Positions 44,450-57,204 of a stretch of DNA of 64,000 nucleotides are shown piece after piece. The DNA comes from Octopus vulgaris (Eukaryota). Position numbers and translations under genes: made by a program. The stretch lies in assembly GCA_951406725.2 (NCBI GenBank), contig OX597820.1, forward strand, positions 93,868,001 through 93,932,000. Reading direction: 5' to 3'. Positions within the stretch are counted from its first letter, which is position 1. Each line of letters starts with the position of its first letter. The notes below the pieces were generated by a model. It saw nothing but the letters and a program-made list of their open reading frames with translations, ran no database searches and was not told the DNA's origin.

Positions 44450-45162
44450 AGTGTTAAGATCAGAGAGAGAGACCTGATATGCAAGAGGCGCCGCTATTTT
44501 GATTCCGGGGGAGGTGCGTGTGTAATAACAATTAAATATTACCAATTATATACATATATATATTTTTATGATTTTTTTTCAAAAATATATATGTATGTAT
44601 TGTATAAATTTATATATTCAAATTAATAGATACATATACATACATACATACGTACATGTATATATATATATATATATCTAAAATTATCTATACACTATAC
44701 AGATACGTTAGGTTCTGCAGATGTACATGGGAGAAATTTGTGTGAGAAAAAATATATATATATATTTTTGTTGGGTAGTCTTATTTTTCGTTGAAAAATT
44801 TTTTTTGTATAAATTTTCTTTTTTTAAAATATATATATTTATATATATTTGTTTTCCTTTCTACCCCTTTTTTTAGTTATTATTATTTTTTTTTTTTAAA
44901 CTTAAGACACTGGAATAAAATAAGTATAACGAAGGACGAAGAATTAAAAATCCAGGTTCGAAATGGAAAAAAAGAAACAGTCGCAGTGATTAAGACTTCA
45001 ATGTAGAAGTGAAAGTGGGTGAAGATGGTGGTGATGGTGGTGGTGGTGATGATGGTGGTGGTGGTGGTGGTGGTGGTGATGACGGCGACGTCGGGGGGAA
45101 GAAATAAGATGAAATGCCAGAAGATAATTCTTTCTGAGTGATGGATGACTAGGAAACTAAAA

Positions 45163-45207
<45 letters not shown>

Positions 45208-45512
45208 AAGTAGTAGTAGTAGTAGTAGTAGTGGTGGTAACAGCAGCAGCTATATACTATAGCAGTAGTTGTGCCTGTTTATACTAGATGTAGAGAGCTA
45301 AAGTAGGGCCGGTAGCAGCAGCAGTAGCAGCAGCAGCGGTGACAGCAGTCGTAGTAGTAGCAAATAGTAGTCGCTGCTGGGTTTCGATAAGCGGCAAAAT
45401 AATGGTCGAGGTAGATCTGGTGCTACAATAGCAGCATCAACAATAACAGCAACAACAACAATAACACCACTACCACCACCACCAACAACAACAACAACAG
45501 AGGCAACTGTAT

Positions 45513-45559
<47 letters not shown>

Positions 45560-46039
45560 TTGAAGACAGTAGTTGTGAGGGTGGTAGTGGTGGCGATAGT
45601 GTCAGTGACAAACGGTTGCAGAAGTGGTGAGATGCTAGTTGAACGATGGTTTGCGATTTGTTTGTGAGAGAATTATATTATTATTATTATTATTGTACAA
45701 TGAATGTCAATGTGTAATATGGATGTTATACTGAAAAATATATTTTGAAAAAAAGAAATATATGTTAGTCTCTGTATTAATTATAGTGTTTATTATTGAT
45801 GTTGTTGTTGCTGCTAAAGTTGTTGCTGTTGTTGTTGTTTTTAGTGTTGTTATTATTGTTATGGGTTTTTAACTTTTATTGAAGTCGAATACAACTCTAT
45901 CAGAGATTACTCTGATGATAGTGAAGGAAAAAAGAAGAAAAAAAAAACCCCAGAAAAACTGCGATAAAATAAGGATCTAAAAAGTCATGACGATGTAGAC
46001 AAAATAGTAGTAGTAGTAGTACAACAACAACAAAGAGTA

Positions 46040-49000
46040 AGAAGTAGAGAGGGAAAGAGAGAAGAGAGAAAGAAAGGCAGAATGGTGTTGGTGATGAGAA
46101 TGCTGGCGAGATTATGATAAACAAAGGTTAAAGAACGAAAGAGGAGCGAAAAGAAATAATGTTGTTACGAAGAAAGTTGAAAAATAAATAGAATGACAGA
46201 GAAGGATGAAAGAATAAAAATAATAATTTGGGGAAGGAAGAAGGAAACGAAGACAAGATGACTAACGGAGAAAGAATAGTAATGACGATAACTTAATAAC
46301 AGAAGCAGAAGTAAAAAGTGGGAGAAATTAGATGATATTAAATTGATGAAAAAGTGAATAAAAGGAGGTAGACGAAAATGTAAAGGAAAAGAATAAAGTA
46401 GATAGAAGTTAGGAAAGTAAGAACGAAAGGTAGACGAAGAGATAGAAGAAATTGATGAAAGGACAAAAACCGTGGATGAGAGACGAAAATAGGTCAAAGA
46501 AAGAGGAAATTAGACGAAGGAAAATATATGCGGGTAAAAGGAGAAAGAATTGGGCAAAATAAGGAAGTAGATGAAATGAGAAGAAATAACGAAAAAAGAA
46601 GAAAGTAGACAAAAGAAGAAGAAAATAGAAGAAAGAGGAAAGGAAATGAAAGAAGCGGGAATAATAATATGCAAGAAGAAAGTAGACGAAAGAAAAAGAA
46701 AGTAGATGAAAGAGAAAAACTTTAGAAGAAAGACGAAGAAAAAAAATGTAGATGAAAGAAGAAAGTAGCCAACCGTAGGAGAAAGTAAACAAAATGAGAT
46801 GTAAAAAAAAGAAAGAAAAGTAGAAGACGAAAGTGGGGTGAAAGGTGGAGAAAGTAGGTGAAATAAACAGGAGACAACGGAAGAATGTTGGTGAGAACTA
46901 GATAACAGCAGATGAAAGAATAAAAGGTGAACGACAGAATGAAGAATTAGTCAAAAAGAAGTAAGTGGACAGAAGCTGAAGTGGATGAATGATTTGTTTT
47001 TTAAAAGACGAAAGAAAGGGATAGTTGAAAGAAAGAAGTAGCTGTATGAAATTAGGGTCGGTTAGATGAAAGTATGGAGGGAGAAGAAGAAAGAAGTGAA
47101 AGAAAGATGAAGTAAGTAATTTAATGAAGGACGAACAAGTAGTTAAAAGAAGAGAAAAATGAATGAAAGAACAGGGTGAATTTAAAAAGCCTAAACACTT
47201 GGAAAGATAGAGTTAAGTCTAATGGATATGGATGAAAAACTAAAGAAGCTAGTTGACAGAGAAAGTTGATGAAAGACGAAACAAAAAGCCCAAAGATGCA
47301 AGCCCTTGGCGAAAGAATAGATAAAAAAAGAAATGAAACAAAAGAAGAGAGCAGGAAGAAAAAGTAGTGAAAAGTTGGAGATGATAGGTGCATGAAGAAA
47401 GTAAAGGAAAGAAGATATATTCTTTATTTATGTGAAAGAAGAAACCGACTAAGAAAAAAGGGGGTCGGAAAATATCGTAAAGAAAGGAGAAATTCGGTGA
47501 AGGAAGAAAGCAGAAAAAGTAGACGAGAGAAGACTAAACTAAACGAAAGTAGAGAAAAGAAAAAAGAAATGAGAAGAAACTAGATAGGGGAATAAGACAA
47601 AAGAAGAAATTAGACGAAGTGAAAGAAAGTTGATGAAAGAAAAAGAAAGGAGGCAGAAAAGGAAAATACACGAAAGAGGAAATAGAAGGAAAAGTAGAAG
47701 AACGAAGAAGAAAGGAAGAGAAAAAGAAAACAGCCTACGAAAGAAGAAAGTAAAGGAAAAGAAGTAGATGAAAAGAGGAAAATAAAGAAATTTAAAAAGA
47801 TTACAAAAGAAAGAAAGTAGACGAAATAAGAATTATATGCGAAAGGAACAGAAAGTAAATGAAAGATTGAATGTAGACAGAAGAATGAAAAACTAAACAA
47901 AAATAAAACAAAAAAAAATCAGAGATTGAAAGCAAAGAAAGAATTGGAAGAAAGAGAGATTTGAATTAAGCTGATCAAATGAGTAAAAAGTGTAAAATTA
48001 AAAAAAAAAGAAAAACGAAAGACAAAATGGAAAGAGGAAAGTAAATGAAAAAAATAGAAACGGATTAGAGAAGAAGCAAGTAAATGAAAGAGGAGAAAAG
48101 TAATGAAAAAAGAAATAGAAGAAAGAAGAAAACAGAAATGAAAGTTAGGAATTGGTTAGAAAGTGGGAAGGATAAAAGTGGACGAACGAATTTTTAAAAA
48201 ATGAACTAAGAAATACTTGTAAGAAGAAAATTTGTGAAGGAAGAAGCAGGTAAACGAAACAAGTAGAAAATAGAAGGAAAAAAACGTGAAGGTAGACAAG
48301 GAAAGAAGAAATTTGATGAAAGAGGAATGAAATAGGAAAATATGAGACAGGAAATAAATGCAGACGATAGAAAATGAAGAAGACACTAGATGAAAGAAAA
48401 AGTAAAAAAAGAAACATGAGAAAAGAAAAATATCTGAAGGAAAGAAGGAAGGAAGAAAACAGGAAAAGAAGAAACCAGCCGAAAGAAGAAAACTAGAGGA
48501 AACTAGACCAGATAAAAGTAAAGGAAAAAAAAGAAAAACGAGGAGAAAGAAGAGAGTAGATGAATGAAAGGAATGAATGACAGAAGTGAATAGCGAAAAA
48601 TGAAGAAAATAGGCAAAGTAAAAAGAAAGAAGCAGGCGAAAGAAAAAACGAGACGAAAGGGGGAAAGTAAGCGAAAAGAAAAAGAAGTAGAGAAAAGAAG
48701 AAACTAGAAGGAAGTGGAGACGATCAAACGTGTTGAAAGCGGATGGAAATTGAAAAGAAAAGAAAGAGCATGAACTAAGAGAAAACTAAAAATGAAAAAA
48801 GAGGAAAGAAAAGAGGAAACGAAACAAGAAGAGAATAGATGAAAGAGAAGAGAATAGATGGAAAAAGGAAATAGACAAACGATGAGGAAACTAGATAAAA
48901 GTGAAATAGATGAAAGCAGGAAAGAATGAGGAACGAGACGAAAGAAGAGGAAAGAGAAAGAAGTAAAAGAAAGACAAAACAGAAGTAAAGCGGTAGAAAA

Positions 49001-49985
49001 GAGATGAAAAAGGCAGGAAAACGACAAAAAAAAAAAATCCCCCAAAACAAGAGGAAACTTGTTGGAATAAGGAACTTGACAAAAGATAGAAATTAGACGA
49101 AAAAAGAAGTCAGGAACTACAGGCGGTAAGAAGTTGGTAAAAGTTGGAAGAGATGGTAAAATTAGATGAGAAGAGATGAGACTGAAGTTGACAAAATTAG
49201 ATGAGAAGTGTACGACAGGAGAATGTTTAGATGAAAAAACAAAAGTAGAAAGCAAAATTGGGATGTAAACGAAGGAGAAAGAAAGCAGACAAAAGAAGGA
49301 AAATGCAGCAGAACAAAGGAATTTGAAGAAGAAAAAAACTAAGCGGAGAAGAAATTATATAAATGAAGTAGAGGAGAGAAAGAATAAGAAGAAATTTGAA
49401 AGAAAGTAGTCGAAAGAAGCTAGGTGAAAGATATACGAAATAGGTGAAAGAAAAATAGAGAAGAAAGAAGCTAGTGGAAAGAAAAAATGGACGAAAATGA
49501 AGAAACCAGACGAAAGAAGATACAATTAAAGGAAAAATAAGTTAAATTAATCGAATGAAAAATAAAGTAGGCGGAAAAAGAAATCAAAGGAAAGAAGAAT
49601 GCAGAGAAAAAAATTAGATGAAACACTAATAAAATAGAAAAGAGAAGGGGATGAAAGAAGAGGAAACTAGGACGGGAAGAAATTAGAACAAAAAACAAAT
49701 GAATGCCGAAAAGGGAGAAATTAGGGGGGAAAAAAAGGAGAACCTCGAAAATAATATTAATAATAAGAAAAAGAAGAGAAGGAAATGACACAGAAGACCG
49801 GTTGTGGAAAAGAAACTTGACGAAGGGAGAAAGAAAAACAACCCAAAACAAGACATATGAAGAAAGTAGATGAAAGAATAAAAGGAAGGAAGGAAGGAAG
49901 AAAAATAGGAGGAAATGATCAGAAGAGTATAAATTAAGAGGAAGGTGTATGAACGAACGAAAGAAAAACGTCGAGGAATGAAGAG
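46040..49985 (+). repeat. ~4 kb purine-rich degenerate satellite / low-complexity tract
   Basis: Overwhelmingly A/G on the plus strand; recurring GAAAGTAGAYGAAAGAA-like motif. Confidence 0.85.
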
Positions 49986-50142
49986 AGATGTACATATGTA
50001 TGACTATGTGAGTGTGCATATGTATGTGTGTATACGTACGCATCTATGTACGTATATATTTATATACACACATTCATATGAGTGTAGAAGCACACTAATA
50101 TATCAATATATACACATTCGCATAACACATATATAAATATAT

Positions 50143-50371
50143 TCTCTTTCTCTCTTTTACTTGCTTCAGTCATTTGATTGCGGCCATGCTGGAGCACCGC
50201 CTTTTTTTTAGTCGAGCAAATCGACCCCGGGACTTATTCTTTGTAAGCCCAGTACTTATTCTATCGGTCTCTTTTGCCGAACCGCTAAGTGACGGGGACG
50301 TAAACACACCAGCATCGGTTGTCAAGCAATGCTAGGGGAACAAACACAGACACACAACCATATTCACACAC
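50143..50371 (-). mobile_element. SINE family A, 5'-truncated, flanked by a 45-bp direct repeat
   Basis: Near-consensus 3' half; identical 45-mers at 50098-50142 and 50372-50416. Confidence 0.9.
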
Positions 50372-50712
50372 ATATATCAATATATACACATTCGCATAAC
50401 ACATATATAAATATATGGTTTAAAAGAAAAAGAAAAAAACTCGAAGACGAGGTAAAAGAACAGAGATGCACACTCAATTCAATTTGCATATACTGATACG
50501 AGTCAATAAACTCATAAAACAGAAACTGCTCTCATCTTGTTTATTGCGTTATTTACACAGACCACCAAACGCTTTTACCGTCAGGTATTTTGGAAAATTA
50601 AAAATCTAATATGTTTCAAAGTCTAGACATCAATCGCCTGCTTTACATGCATTTATATACGTGAAAACGCATTCTTCCGGTATGCATTTACCCGCAGTAA
50701 CGCACACACGCA

Positions 50713-50763
<51 letters not shown>

Positions 50764-50786
50764 ACACACACACACACACACGCATA

Positions 50787-50842
<56 letters not shown>

Positions 50843-51024
50843 TAGATAGATAGAATAGATAGATAGCTAGATATATATATATATATATATAGATAGATAG
50901 ATAGATAGATAGATGCATACATACATAAACATACATACACATATATATATACATTCATATAAATATACATATATGCATACACACACACACATATATATTT
51001 ACATATATATATATACATATATGT

Positions 51025-51072
<48 letters not shown>

Positions 51073-51074
<2 letters not shown>

Positions 51075-51126
51075 CGGGAAGCTTTATGAAAATAGACAAA
51101 AGACGAAGGCAGGTGGAAAACAAACG

Positions 51127-51130
<4 letters not shown>
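51073..51130 (-). mobile_element. family F 3'-terminal fragment between (TA)n tracts
   Basis: Reverse complement CCACCTGCCTTCGTCTTTTGTCTATTTTCATAAA resembles 58878-58915. Confidence 0.5.
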
Positions 51131-51163
<33 letters not shown>

Positions 51164-51172
<9 letters not shown>

Positions 51173-51701
51173 GTGAATGGAAGAAATGGAGTTGAACGAA
51201 GATTGTACAGAATTCCTTTTATTACATTCTACACATGTTTCAAAGGCCACAATTTTCCAAATTCTGATTAAATAAGGATACCATATTGCAGCTTTCTCTT
51301 CAGGAAAAAGCAGGAATTACGTTGACAGAACAAAACAAAACAGAGGCGCAGCAAAGCAATTCGAACGAGGACGCTCCTTAAGAGCCCATGGTTAAACTGT
51401 TTATCCTGCTTTTTCCTGAAGAGAAAGCTGCAATATGGTATCCTTATTTAATCAGAATTTGGAAAATTGTGGCCTTTGAAACATGTGTAGAATGTCATAA
51501 AAGGAATTCTGTACAATCTTCGTTCAACTCCATTTCTTCCATTCACTAATTATATTAAACTTCAATTAACCGCACCAACGCACGGTTGCAACACCAAATG
51601 GTCTTATATCCAATCGTGTTTTTTTCTGCTGTGATTTTTGCTACCCAGGTATCGGTTAAACTTTTGAATAATCTGTAACAAGAAAATTCATCTTTCCATT
51701 T

Positions 51702-51705
<4 letters not shown>
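51164..51705 (+). mobile_element. fold-back PLE-like element with 152-bp inverted repeat and hammerhead motif
   Basis: Arms 51164-51315 and 51404-51555 with one mismatch; CTGAAGA-stem-GAAACAT...ATGTC at 51416-51496; (TA)n on both sides. Confidence 0.75.
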
Positions 51706-51762
<57 letters not shown>

Positions 51763-52651
51763 TGGTGTTTCTTTATTGACCACATAGGGCTGAACACAGA
51801 GGGGACAAAATACAAAGTAGAACTTTTCTTTTGGGAAAAAGAGAAAAAAGTGGGTCGAATTTCGATCAAAAGGGATCGTGGAAAAAAAAAGAAAGAAAAA
51901 AAAGAAAAAGAAAGGCTGATCAATAGGGATCGTGTATCACAGAAATGTCAATGTAAAAGGAGAAAACAGATTAGGTTTATCTGTGGAAAGAAAAGCCTAC
52001 GAAAAAGACCACGGTAACCTTGGGCAATAGTGTCATGCAAAAAAACACATTACAGTACGTGACTCTCTTTTTTCTTTTCTTTTTTTTTTGGTTCATAGGA
52101 TTATGCTCAAGCTGGCTCCGTCGTTCACACGTGCCATCCTTGCTACATTCACCCATCTTTTTTTTAAACATTCACTAGACAAAACTTCCCTCTCTACTCT
52201 CATCTTCCTCTTCAAGTGATACATGAAGAAGTTGATGAGAGATTGACCAGAGAGGAAAGTGTCTCTAAACCTTTCAGACGCGTCTACCATACACATTCCT
52301 TCGCCATACCACAAGTGAAGGAAGCGCGACAATATTCAGGATAGACTCGGTTGATAAACTGACTCGTCCCACACGCGATAGCAGTCGTTCGACATAGGCC
52401 CACAGGTCGGAAATGGTTGGACACAGTACGAGTGCGTGCTGGACGGTTTTGTCGTTCTGACCGCATCTCGGGCAGGTCGGCCCCGTGTTTCTCGAACCAT
52501 GCCTGTAGTGCTTATCCCGAACGGGTAGCGCTTCTCAATAGCACTGCCAGGCCAGGGATCTCTGGAAGTTGTCCATAGGTCCCAGCCTGAAAGTCGTTTT
52601 GAACAGGCGGGTCAGGTATTCCTCGTCGACGCTCAGGTTCGCCCCTAGATC
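51763..52651 (-). mobile_element. L1/Tx1-clade LINE, 3' fragment (ORF2 CCHC zinc knuckle plus 3' UTR)
   Basis: Reverse frames read MDNFQRSLAWQCY*EALPVRD...TCPRCGQNDKTVQHALVLCP...LW...MAKECVW...KRW (zf-RVT-like); AATAAA near the end, then (TA)n. Confidence 0.85.
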
Positions 52652-52769
52652 AGAATTAACACTAGTTTAAATTCCGTTTAAAATTACTCTGGCGAGTATT
52701 TCCAAGGACATGGATGACTGAGTGATACCTTTCCAGTTTTCATGCTCAAGTAGAACCTTCCCGAGTCTT

Positions 52770-52990
52770 GCAGGGGCGGTTTCCAGGTTTCCGTGGCGTA
52801 TGTATTTCCTATCTAAACGGGACTCTGTTCCGTCCCAGGAATACTCATTTATAGCCTGTTGAGTGAACTGGAGCAAGGTGGAATGAAGCGTTTGGCTCAA
52901 GAACAATATGCATCACCCGGTCCAGGAGTCGCGAAACCTCAATCTTCCTATCATGTATATAACACCTTAACCAATAAACCACGCGCCTCC
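52770..52990 (-). mobile_element. SINE family D
   Basis: TGAGTGAACTGGAGCAAG...GCTCAAGAACA...CCGGTCCAGGAGTC...CCACGCGCC. Confidence 0.75.
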
Positions 52991-54364
52991 ACCATCCCTA
53001 ACTATAACACATTTCCTCCATCCTCTGGGAATCTCACTTGTTACTGAGATACAATTAAACAGTCAGTTGTGCACAATTAGTGTTATAAATCCATCAGCTT
53101 TTGCCATCTCGGGTTCGGTTCTTTCTTCACTTGGTGCTTTATGATTCTTTGCAATTGTTGTGACCTCTGCTAGTGTGATTTCTCTGTTACAATGTCGGGA
53201 TCCCGTTTAGCTGGCGAAATAGTATATGAAACAGGTCTAGTTCCTACTGTTTTAAGAGTTTTTTTCATTTAGTATTTAGAACTTTATTCTTGATTACCTT
53301 TCCAGGGTTCCATAAAAAGTAAAGTTCCAGAAATGCAACGACAACAGATTCGCTATAAATTTAAAGCCTACGAAACAACTCGAAGTTTGAACCTTAGTCC
53401 CGAGCAGCCCTTAATTGGGCAAGGGATGTATTAGCTGATAACTAATAAATTCATAAATCCATCCTTAAATTTACGGTTGTGATATGGAATGTGCACGCCT
53501 TAAATTAAGATGGAAATAAATAGAACAACTTGCATCAATTTGATATATATTATTTAGACATCTGTACCATTAATGGAGATAAGATTAACTGGATTTGATA
53601 TCGTTAAACTTAAAAATTTTAAAAAATGTTCTTCGTTCAGGAAGTGATAGTACACTACAGCATAAAGGAGTAGGACTATTAGCGTGTGAACGAGGGGGTG
53701 AAGCACTTAGTGAATATCAACCAATTGATAACATGATTTTATGAGACAGGTACAAATCTAAACTTAAGAAATATTAGTATATTTGTGCGTAATGTCACAA
53801 ATAAAACAACTAAGAATAAAAAAGAATGCTTCAAGTGGAAGTTGGGAAAATAACAAATCGTGACTTACTGCTGTATATAACAGGTTTTAACACCAAACTA
53901 TACACTGCAATGGCAGTTGTATTTTAATATACAGAGCAACAAGGAATGGGGAGAAATTGAATATGTATCACGGTTTGCTAGTTTTTGTATAGAAATGAAT
54001 TTATAATTGGTGATACACATTTAGAAAATCGAAATATAGACAAATATAATTGAGGGTAATCGCAAAATCAATTACAGTTGATAAACTACATACGACCTAA
54101 AAAAAAAAAGATGTAAAGACTTGAAAAAATAACGTTTTATGGGAGGCGACAATCGACTCACAATGCCTAAGTTTAAAAATTAATCTAATGCAGTATGATG
54201 ACAACTAGAATTTCGAGCCCAAAGTTTGATATAAAGAAAATGAGAATTGAAAAAAATGTAAAGAGTTTATGAGTAAATATAGGAACAGGGTTGTTATTGA
54301 AATTACATAAATGTATCAAAAAAGGAGAGCGTGAAGAATATACATTATATGTCGAATAAATATT

Positions 54365-54520
54365 GATTTCAAATTTTGGCACAAGGCCAGCAATTTGGGT
54401 CCTCGAAAGGATGAAAGTCAAGACTGACCTTAGCGTAATTTGAACTCAGGACGCAAAGACTGACAAAATGCTGCTAGGCATTTGGCCCGGCGTGCTAACG
54501 ATTCTGCCAGCTCACCGCTT
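54365..54520 (-). mobile_element. SINE family B
   Basis: GGCACAAGGCC...CGAAAGGATGAAAG...CTGCCAGCTCACCGC. Confidence 0.8.
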
Positions 54521-55830
54521 TATATATCAAATAAATATTGAAGAAACTCCAAAACTTTTAAGCGGAGGAAGAATTAAAAGAAAAAAGAGGATTGCAAATG
54601 AAAGTTGAGACATGATACAGAAAAGGAAGATAGCAAAACCTCAAATGTGAAACTATGTGTAATTATGATTGAAGGATTACCATTTTTAAGAAGCGAATAC
54701 AAAAACCTTAACAGCGATACAAGATGACCCACTAAGAGTAAAACGATGTGCAAGAATTGCATTGCGGTAAAGATTAAAGATTTATACAAGAGAGAAGACG
54801 GATAAACAGGGACTCCATCAATCGAGGTGGACCATATATCTGCACGTATATCTGCACTAGCCAGGGTAAAACTTTTTAAGGAAGGCTCACAACTGCGCAT
54901 ATATGCAAGCCTCTCTAATTTCAATAACGATGTTCCCATTAGCTTGGCATTAGTGACGTCGTAGGTAGGTGATGCCGTCAGAATGCAAATAGCTGGGAAA
55001 GTTAGTCTAAGGCTTCTTGTTTACATTGGAATTGAACATTTCTTTTTTTTTTATCAGCCCCCTCAAATGATGAAAGGAAAAGCTGATCTCGACGAGGTTT
55101 GAAGTTAGAGAACGGTGAGTCGGAAGAAATATTGCGAAGCATTCTATCCAGACGGTTCAAAAGACTTCTCCAATTTGCCTTACACACACATACACACACA
55201 CACACACATACACACATCTGTTTATTGAGAGAGAGAGAGAGAGAGAGGAGGGAGGGTGAGAGAGAGAGAGAGAGAGAAAGAAATATAAATACCATCTCCG
55301 TGGTATATCTAGAACAGCCTATTGATTATGTTTTTATAGCAGGGACTAATGAAAAGTAGATACGTTTAACTAATAATTGTGTACGAAAGAAAGAGCACGT
55401 CTTGTCCTGCAGTCAGCAAATCTTCAATAAACTACTTCAGGGAAATGGAAAAAAAAAAAAAAAAAAAAAAAAACATAGGCTTTATTACCAAATTAACCCC
55501 AAATTAAAGTATTAAAATAACATATAAACGAACTAACGAGGCAGCCTCTATGGGATCACTCGACCTACAAGAATTAGCAAAGAATTAGTAAGTTCCCTCA
55601 CACCACCTTAAAAATAACTGTACATCGGGTTATATAGGACGAGATGTGTCTGAAAATATAATACCTAAGACAGGATGGTCATGGATGAAACGCTCTTGGT
55701 TAGGGAAGACCTGAAGTTAAACACCAACAGAAGGAAATATGCTATCATACATTCTGGATGAAATTTAGACTTAATTATCAGGACTTGGAAGTCCTGTATT
55801 TCTGTCTCTCTCTCTCACTCTTTTTATATA

Positions 55831-56113
55831 TCTTTTACTTGTTTCAGTCATTGGATCATCGCGTTGATGCTGGGGCAACGCCTTGAATGATTTTGGTAGA
55901 ACGAATCAACTAAATCCTGGTACTTATTCTATGTCAAGTAAGGAACAAACACAAAAACAAGAAACAAACACATATTCATATATGACAGGTTTCTTTCAGT
56001 TTCCCTCTTCCCAAATTCACTTACCAGGCTTTGGTAGGCCCGAGACTATAGTAGAAGTCATTTACCAAGATGTTATGCAGGGGAACTGTGTCTTACCACA
56101 CAGCCACGCCTGC
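55831..56113 (-). mobile_element. SINE family A (deleted, diverged)
   Basis: TCTTTTACTTGTTTCAGTCATT...TTCTTTCAGTTTCC...TTACCACACAGCCACGCCTGC. Confidence 0.75.
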
Positions 56114-56139
56114 ACTTACACACACACATACACATATCA

Positions 56140-56171
<32 letters not shown>

Positions 56172-56433
56172 AGTATGTGTGCATACGTTTTGAAATTTGT
56201 GCTTCGCTGTCTTTGAGGGAAATGAAATGAAATACATCTTTCTTTCCTTATGAACACGAGGCAAATTCTGGCCTGGATGAAAAAGGGTCACTAGTTAACG
56301 TGTCGAAAGGAAAGTAGTAGTAGTAGTAGTAGTAGTAGTAGCATTTTTGTTTTCTTTCATAAAGGAAGCTTAGCAGAAGAGTGCATTTATAATTGGGTGC
56401 CAATTAATCTTACACGCGCGTGTGCGCCCACAA

Positions 56434-56582
<149 letters not shown>

Positions 56583-56903
56583 GAAGAAAAGAAGGAGGGT
56601 GAGAATGACAACTAGAGAGAGAGGGCCACACTTAAGTGTATACAGACATAATCACAGACAGAGTCAGACAGATAGTTGTTTATTATGATTATTGTTATTT
56701 TTCTAATCTCTGTGAGTGCATACCTCCTAGGTCTGTGAATGAGAATGGAAGAGAAGTAGGGAGAAGGTGGGAGGGAAGTAGACGAGCGCGGAGGGAGTAG
56801 AGAAAGGTGATGAGAATGGCAGGCAAAAAGCAAAAGAGAGAAGGATGGGGATAGGAGAAACGATCAGAGAAGGTGGATGATAGAGAGGGAGGTGAAGAGA
56901 AGC

Positions 56904-56942
<39 letters not shown>

Positions 56943-57085
56943 AGAAAAGAAAGGGAGATGAAGAGAATAAAAAATGAGTGTGAAGTAAAGGAAAAGGAGA
57001 AAAAGTGAGAAGATAAGTGAAAAAAAAAAGAGATAGCGTGTGAAAAAGCATTCTGAAGCGGATTGTTGTGATTATACAGGGGAGA

Positions 57086-57160
<75 letters not shown>

Positions 57161-57204
57161 GAGAATATGAAAAAGTATGGTAAGTCAAGCATGTTGAGAA
57201 AAAT

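Noticed and set aside
48704-50043. Phe/Leu/Ser-rich 'membrane-like' minus-strand ORFs
   Set aside because: Compositional artefact of the polypyrimidine strand of the purine tract
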